From the human T2T-CHM13v2.0 reference genome, Homo sapiens, in NCBI RefSeq assembly GCF_009914755.1, contig NC_060926.1: a stretch of 64,000 nucleotides of DNA, one strand, 5' to 3'. Positions 56,641 through 64,000 of this stretch are shown piece after piece; the first letter of the stretch is position 1, and each line of letters begins with the position of its first letter. The notes beneath the pieces were generated by a model. It searched no databases, had not been told where the DNA came from, and saw only the letters and a program-made list of their open reading frames with translations. A program made the translations under genes and the position numbers.

Positions 56641-57560
56641 TGACGTCCTAGCCCTTTTCTATCTGTTTTTCCAGTTACTGATATTGAGTTAGGATTTCTC
56701 TGAAGAAATTTTCCTAAACCTTTTCCCTTCTGATATCCCATGTTCTTCAACATTTTCAACCCTAGGTTGTCAAAGTTTTCATTTGTTAAGTCTCATATCC
56801 CATGCTGGAGGTAAGTCTCAACCCCATAAGTTGATGGCTATACTTGCAACATAAGGCTGAAAAATACATGACTGTCCATCCGGACCAAGACAAGATAAAA
56901 TCTCAGTGCTCTGTTGAACACTTTGAGCTGTTCCTACTCCCACTAGGGATGTAGAAGCTAATTGCAAGGGCCAGGATGGGGGCCAATTATCTTTAGATAT
57001 TACTGATACATCAGCTCCTGTATCCATAAGCCCATAAAATTTCTTTCCTTTAATTTGTACTACACAAGTTGGTGTATTAGAGGCTATGGGTTGGGATAGA
57101 TAGATTTCCCTTGTAGTTGTGCTCCCAAGCCCTTTATTTCCTAATTTCTCCTTTCATGGCGAAGGGTGTAATTTGCAGGGAATAAGCAATAATTAAGCAA
57201 TATATTCTCCCGGTTCAAAAACCCAAAGATCTTGTGACATTAAAACTATTTGAATTTATCCTTCATAATTGGAGTCATTCACTCCTGGGACTACAGTAGT
57301 GCCTTGCAAGTTAAGGCGGCTTTTGCCTAAAATTAGTCCCATATATCCTGCTTGTAAAGGTCCCCAAATGCCAGTGGGAAATTTGATAGGTTTGTCTCCA
57401 CCAACTAACGTGATTCTTTCTCTGGCGGGTAGATCTAATCCTGCACTTCCTGGTGTTCCTGGGGTGAGGGAATCAATGTGCCTCCAGGAACCCATCCCCA
57501 AAACGGGGTTGAGGTCTGGACTGGGAATGCCTTCATTGTCTGTGGGGCCCGGGTCCAGGC
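56640..57560 (-). pseudogene. pro: pro: dUTPase, aspartic protease and G-patch, disrupted
   Basis: GSAGLDL...GLILGKS...PGVNDSNYEG (dUTPase); GLMDTGADVSVI and INLWG (protease); stops and frameshifts. Confidence 0.9.
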
Positions 57561-59054
57561 CCCCGTCTCATTTCCTGGCACGGGGGTGCCATTCTGATGA
57601 ATTTTGAGTGGCACTGATTAGCTCAGTGATTTCCTTTGTTATAGTGGGGACAAAGTCCTGGCGTTTTTTTCTGCTGGGGGGGGCACCGCATTGTAAGGTC
57701 CTTTCTGTCCTGAGATCTGGTGGCATTCCTTTTTAAAATGTCCAGTTTTTCCACAATCATAACATTTTCCCATTTTAGGATTTGACCCTTGGCTCCTTTT
57801 AGATTTGTCAACTGCTAAATTAGCCATTCCTTACACTAACATTGCAGAGCGATGAAGCTCATTTCCCACATCCTGACGAGCTCTGAGAAAATTTCCTAAG
57901 TTTTTTGTACACCTCACAGGTGCCAGTGCACATTTACAGTCCGCATTTGCATTCTCAAAAGCTAGAGTTAAGGTTAGCATTTCTGCAGCCGTGGTATGAG
58001 GAATCTGACGCTTCACTGCCTCTTGTAATCCTGCAAGAAATTGCTTATAGGGTTCCTGCAACCCTCGTATGATATGTAAAATGGATTGTACTGGAACTCC
58101 CTCTTCAGGAATTGTGACCCAGGTGCGTTTAGCGGCCTGTGCACACTGCTGATAAACAGCGTCTGGGAGTGCCATTTGATGTTCCAGGTCTGAATAAGGG
58201 CCATTACCTAACAGCATATCCTCTGTAGTGTCTGCGTGTCCAGCAACACGGTTCTGTTTAGCCAGGCCTGCACACATTTCTTGCCAATTTAAATTCCATG
58301 TCGGATATGCACTAGCGGACAAGCAAGTTCGTGCCAAGTGTTTCACATCAAAGGGTAAAAGACGCATAGCACCAAACACAGATTCTAGCAATCCTAAGGT
58401 GAATGGGTTCTGTATGCCATCATTTACCACACTCGTTTTTAATTCCTTTAACAACTTAAACTCTAGTGGAGTGTGTTCATGAATAACCTGCTATGGATTG
58501 TTTGGATCAGGCCTTACAGAAATAGGAAAAGCGCAAGGTCCTAAGGGCTCTCCAGCTATGGCAGCAGAGCATAAATTTCTTTGTATTGGGGTCTCTATTT
58601 CTGCCACCAAAGGAAGTGGCACTGATGTTTCTGCAACTGGAGGAGGTGGTATAGGCCAATTTTTATCCTCCATCTCCTGTTTTTTATTTTTAATTGGAGC
58701 TGTGGATGGGACAGCAGATTCTTTCCAATTTTTAGATTCACCCGGCTGTCCCGCAGATTAATAAGGAGATAATGGCAGAAGTACAGTACGAACTAAACTC
58801 CAAGTGAAGACAACAGAAGAATCAACTTTAAGACCTTTTTGATGAGCCTGTTTTAATCCTTCTCCTGCTCTATCCCAATTTTCCACATCAAGAGTGCCTG
58901 CCTGTGGAAACCATGGGTTATGCATAATAACCTTCTGTGGCTTCTGCAGGAGGTTTGTTAGTGTCTGTGAATTAATCTGCACTCCACACTGTCTCAACAG
59001 AACTTTAAGCAACTGCACATAATGTTTTTCTTCAATAGACAAATTCTTCCCCTT
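57560..59054 (-). pseudogene. gag: gag, disrupted
   Basis: MA (NPWFPQAGTLDVENW), CA with MHR-like QEPYKQFLAGL, zinc knuckle CYDCGKTGHFKKEC; expected start codon reads AAG at 59052-59054; second knuckle broken. Confidence 0.9.
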
Positions 59055-59264
59055 GTTACCCTGATTCAGAAACTTCCTGTTCCCAGCACTTCTTTAAAGC
59101 ACTGCTCCCAGTACCTCTTTAGGGCACTGACCTTTTATCCGCTGCTGGCAGACTCATCCCGGGGTCCCCGTTCGCTTGTCAATTTCAGTTCCTCTGCTCC
59201 AGCAGACCTTCGTTCAAGTCCTCGTAGTCCTGTGTTCAGACGCCACTTGATGGGCGTCGTTGGA

Positions 59265-59284
59265 GTCCCTGTTCTGGGTCGCCA
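59265..59284 (-). promoter_or_regulatory. Primer binding site, tRNA-Lys3-like
   Basis: TGGCGACCCAGAACAGGGAC, 2 nt after the 5' LTR, versus canonical TGGCGCCCGAACAGGGAC. Confidence 0.85.
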
Positions 59285-59286
59285 CT

Positions 59287-59719
59287 TGTAACTGGCACGG
59301 ACCTACATGGACTGAACAAAGAGGAGCAAACACGGGAATAAAAGACAGGAGACAAAAGAGTATATTTGGAAGAAGGGGTCAGGGGGCACCTTGCCTCTAG
59401 TGGACAAGGGCCCCGAGCTTTACACAGCCCTCCATATTTATTAGGCAAAAGAGATAATGAGAAGGAGGGTGGAAGAAGGGGTCAGCTGCTCAGTCCAGAG
59501 TAGGCTTGCAAGACTGCATTCTCGAACAACAGGCTCTAGATATCACAGTAGATAGCCTCGGTGCCAGGGAGTGATTGCCTCCAGCAAACCTTCTGTTGGC
59601 AGGAGCAGTCTTGAGTTTGCTCACATTCTGCATTCATGATAAACAGTTTGCTGTTTGATCATATAGCCTCCAGTAGAATGCCGAGTTGGTCACGTCCCAC
59701 GAGCCTTTGGCTCCCTGCA
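59287..59719 (-). repeat. 5' LTR (LTR3-like), 433 bp
   Basis: Direct repeat of 54276-54718; adjacent to the PBS. Confidence 0.95.
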
Positions 59720-59977
59720 ACACATCAATTCAAGTCCAAAGGTTTCTGCTATAAAACTTCCTCTTGCCTGCGAGAAGCCAGACTTCTCTTCTCTTCATGC
59801 CTTCAACTGACTGGAGGAGGCCCACCACATTATGGAAAGCAATCTGCTTTACTCAAAGTTCACCAATTTAAATGTAAACCTCATCCAAAACCCTCACAGA
59901 AACATCCAGAGTCATGTTTGACCAAATATCTAGGCGCTGTGGTTCAGCCAAGTTGACCCATAAAATTAAACTTCACA

Positions 59978-60430
59978 TTAGCTTAAGCAGAAAAGAAATT
60001 CACTGGAAGTGTATTAGGGACCTCCCCTGATCCCTAGGAAGACTGAAAAACCTGGTTGGAGATTGAATGGGAACTGACATAGCCTAGGGAGTCAGTACCC
60101 CCAACTCACACCTAACTAGCAAGACTACTACTGCCACAGCCACAGCACCTGCTGCACTGCCAATGTCACCAATGTTGCTGAATCCTGAACCCTCTCTGTG
60201 TCATTTGCTTCAAATCCAAAGTCCTGGATAGGAGCATCCAGTTGGCTGAGCCTAGTCCATGTACTGCAGCTACTAGGGGACAAGATGGTGAGTGTGTGAC
60301 ATTTTCAGCATTGTGGTTGGAGGCAGGCCCTACTTCCCACCAAGACACACAATGGGGAGATTCCCAAGCAGAGGAAGGAGACTCAGCTATTGGACAGTCA
60401 AAGAAATCATGAAGGTCTACTATATGTATT
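59978..60430 (-). mobile_element. Old MLT1-type LTR; its other end lies at about 54015-54059
   Basis: CTTGGCTGCAAATAACAGAA...TTAGC|TTAAGCAGAAAAGAAATTCACTGGAAG reads continuously once the inserts are removed. Confidence 0.65.
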
Positions 60431-61369
60431 TCCACTCCTGACCTAACTGAATGTAAGTGTTGGAAGGCAGATATGTAATTTCAAAAATCTCCCCCAGATG
60501 ATTCTAAATCACTTCCCTTCCATCTCCGCTCCCATCATTGTATGTCTTGCTGTTTTAGAAATGATGATTTTTAACAATTGTTCTCTTCCATTTTCTTATG
60601 TCTAGATAACTGTAAAACCATCATCAGGGGATCTGGCTAACAGTGTGAGAAGCTGCCTAATTCTGACTACACCTTCTGACCTCACTCTGGTGTGGACTTG
60701 AAGAGGGTGCTCTTGGATCCAAGAACTTGAGACCAACTCTAACTATCTTAATCTATTTATTGAGAGTGTATCAGAGCTTGCAGAACCAACCCAATGTGTG
60801 GGTTTGGGTGTGGAGAGCAAACACAGTAGTCCTGAAGGCTGGAAAGCTGGTCTTTCACCTGGAATGGGTGGGCTTGGACATCACCTCTGCATTGCTGGAC
60901 TGTGGTATGGTCTCACACCACAAGAAGATTTAAGCAACCTTATTAACTTAATAAAGATTTAAAGACGTTGAGCCTGTCCATGTCACTTGCCTGTGCCTTA
61001 ATTCCTTTGGGTGGCAAGAGAAGACATTTGGCCTCAGGCTCTTCCCCTAAGTTTACGCCAAGGGAGAAATCTCCCCAAATAGGAAGGGAAGCCAGATGCT
61101 GTACAATAAAAACCAAACACAAACAAAATAACATAAGACACACGCACGCATACACACAAACATCCATGACCTCTCCTCCAGTAAACAAAATAATGAGTGA
61201 TCCTGTTTCTGTTTTGCATGGGCAGCCCCTACATTGAGCTGTTTCACCACCTGTCTCTGAAATGTAGAGTCTAAACCATCTGACTCTGTCTCTCCTACTG
61301 GTTCCTGTTCTTCCTCATCTCCTGTGGTTATCATTAATGCTGTTTACCAAATATCTCCATTTCTACCCC

Positions 61370-61710
61370 TGTGTGGGTGTGTGATTGGATTATACCTTCT
61401 CATCCCCTGGAGGCTGAGTGTGGACGTATGTTTTACATTGGCCAATAAAAGGTGAATGGAAGTGGCTTCTCTGTGTGGAAGCTTCAAGAACCTGTGCCTG
61501 ATTTGCCACACTCATTTCTCCCTGACAATCATCACTGTAATCTCGGGAGCACACTTCGAGTTGAAGCCTCTGTCAGCCTGGAGCCCGGAGGGATTATGGT
61601 CAGCGAAGGCATCAGCCAACATTCGTACACGTGAACCGGGACAAGAAATAAACCTTTATGTCTTTTAGGGCTTTTTGTTACTGCAACAAAGATTAGATGA
61701 CTCTAACTGA
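61370..61710 (+). mobile_element. Old MLT1-type LTR
   Basis: TGGCCAATAAAAGGTGAATGGAAGTG...AAGAAATAAACCTTT...TTTGTTACTGCA. Confidence 0.65.
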
Positions 61711-62184
61711 TCGAGCTGATCTGTCCCCTTCCTACTGCCTCCCCTGGACTTTCTCAAGATCTTCCATCTCTGCCCCTCAAACTGCTATCCTTCTTACAGC
61801 TTCAGCTTTTACCTCCACACACTAGAGTTCAGCTGCGTGTCCTGCCTCAGACTCCCATTTCTAATATCCATTTGGATACCACTATATTTTCAAAATGTAC
61901 AGAATGGAACCCCTCCCAGAGTTAATTCTTTGTGCAACTTCTCTCTCTTTTTACAATGTCACTATCAATTTTCCAGCCCCTGAATTCTGAATCTGAGAGA
62001 TCTTTGACTCACTCTCTGCCTTCACTACCCCACCCCCCAATCAATTACCAAATCCTCTTTTATATTATTTTTGAGGTCTCTTGAATTTGTTCTTAGCGCT
62101 ACCAGTGCTCTTACCTCCCAGGCTCCTTACAGCTAAGGAAAAGGCACAGGCCTCAATCCACTGTATTTGTTTATTACAGGGCAT

Positions 62185-62548
62185 TCCACAACCAGATACT
62201 ACAGACTGGCTGGCTTATACAACAGGAATCTATTTTCTCACAGTTCTGGAGGCTGAAAGTCCAAGATCAGTGTGCCAGCAGAGCTGATTTCTCTGAGGCC
62301 TCTCTGCTTGGCTTGCCAACGGCCACCTTCCTGCTGTGTCTTCACATGGCCTTTTCTCTGTGCACACTCACCCCTTATATCTCTTCCTCTTCTTAGGACA
62401 CCAGTCATATTGGATTAGGGCCCCACCCTTATGGCCCTATTTAACTTTAATTATCTCTTTAAAGGCCCTATGTCCAAATACAGTTCACATTGGTGGTTAA
62501 GGCTTCAACATGTGAATTTTGGGAGGACAAAATTCAGTCCATAACATG
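62185..62548 (-). mobile_element. MLT1A/B-type MaLR LTR
   Basis: TCTCACAGTTCTGGAGGCTG...TGAATTTTGGGAGGACAAAATTCAGTCCATAACA. Confidence 0.85.
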
Positions 62549-63190
62549 GTACCAATCAGCCATGCTGGGGCCAGGTTTAGACTCAGGAGCTGGTGAGGAA
62601 AGGATACCATACCAGCAACAATGGCAGAGGCCAACGTCACATTGCTCCTGAGTTTGGAAGTCACAACGTGGTTGGCAGCAGTGGAGACTGGTGTAAATTT
62701 GCATTCCAGGCTCAAAAGTTACTCAGAAGTGATGCATAAATGGCAGTGCAAGCTGACATGCCTGGTGGTAGTAGTTGTGATGATCTTATCAGACCAGTTC
62801 TGCAAGGAAGTGGGCACTATTTCTAGAAGTTTGGCTTTAAGGGTATTCTCCAGGCTTCTTAACAATTTTATTTGGCCCTATATCATGTGATGTTTATGAT
62901 ACATGAGAAAAATAATATGGTTCTTGTAGCTTATTTGGTATTAATAATTAGTTATTCAATATGACTCATGTCATGAATATGCCTATAGCACATTTTTAAA
63001 TAAATGTATTTTTATATCTGTTGAAATCATAGCAGTTCAGATACTTTCGAGAACAAGAAAATACGTTTGTGAGTGGGGTCATCTAAATGTTAGAAATGAC
63101 TTGAGCAAGTTGTAGAACCTGGGTCTCCCATATCCTTTAAACAAACTCCCTTTCTACCTAATCATTTAGAGTTGAGTTTGCTTAAAATGA

Positions 63191-63647
<457 letters not shown>

Positions 63648-64000
63648 TGACCCCTCAGTTGCAAGTGTCAGAATACCGATTCAAAATAGCCTAAGCAAAA
63701 AAAGATTACTTATTAAGCAGACATAGCTATGAAGTCCAAAGGAATAGATAAAACTCCAGCCTTTCAGGTGTGGCTGTATTCAGGGGCTCAGATTATGTCC
63801 TTAGGGCTGTGTCTGTCTTCATCTCCTAACTCCCTTCGTGTGTCAGCAAAGAGAGACTCTGGCTACTTGAACTTTGAAGGAGAAAGATGGAGGTATATCC
63901 CTCTCAACCTCTCTCTCTCTCCAACAAAACTCTGCATTCTGATTGGTCCTGGGCGAATTTTGTGTTATTCACTGGAACAGTGTCCACAAGGATGAGATTC

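Larger units (their letters stand above)
54276..59719 (-). mobile_element. HERV-K(HML-6)/HERVK3-like provirus, internally deleted
   Basis: Two direct LTRs with TG..CA termini, Lys3-type PBS, PPT, betaretroviral gag-dut/pro-pol-env order, 6-bp TSD; HML-6 call from LTR3-like sequence and PBS. Confidence 0.9.
54060..59977 (-). mobile_element. MLT2 (ERVL) solo LTR split by the provirus (halves 54060-54275 and 59720-59977)
   Basis: ATTAGTCAGGATTCTCTAG...AAGGAATTGGCTCA start and AAGTTGACCCATAAAATTAAACTTCACA end; 5-bp TSD TTAGC at 54055-54059 and 59978-59982. Confidence 0.85.

Overview
Repeat-dense simian primate (probably human or ape) genomic DNA, indicated by AluJ/S/Y, L1M, L2, MIR, MaLR and DNA-transposon fossils. 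No intact host protein-coding gene is recognisable. The clearest structure is a 5.44 kb minus-strand class II provirus (54276-59719) matching HERV-K(HML-6)/LTR3. It has two LTRs, a Lys3-type PBS plus a second PBS-like copy, a decayed gag and dUTPase-protease, a pol lacking the RT core and the integrase N-terminus, and an internally deleted env whose TM-containing frame is open for 327 codons. The provirus sits inside an MLT2 LTR, which sits inside an older MaLR LTR, and both target-site duplications are readable. The left half has a CpG-rich promoter-like region (about 7.6-8.4 kb) with two RFX X-boxes. It also has a chain of minus-strand exon-like segments with canonical splice sites (about 0.9-29 kb); four of these splice into a roughly 150-codon frame broken only by TGA stops, suggesting a decayed multi-exon gene. 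Repeat subfamily names are from recognition by eye and their boundaries are approximate.
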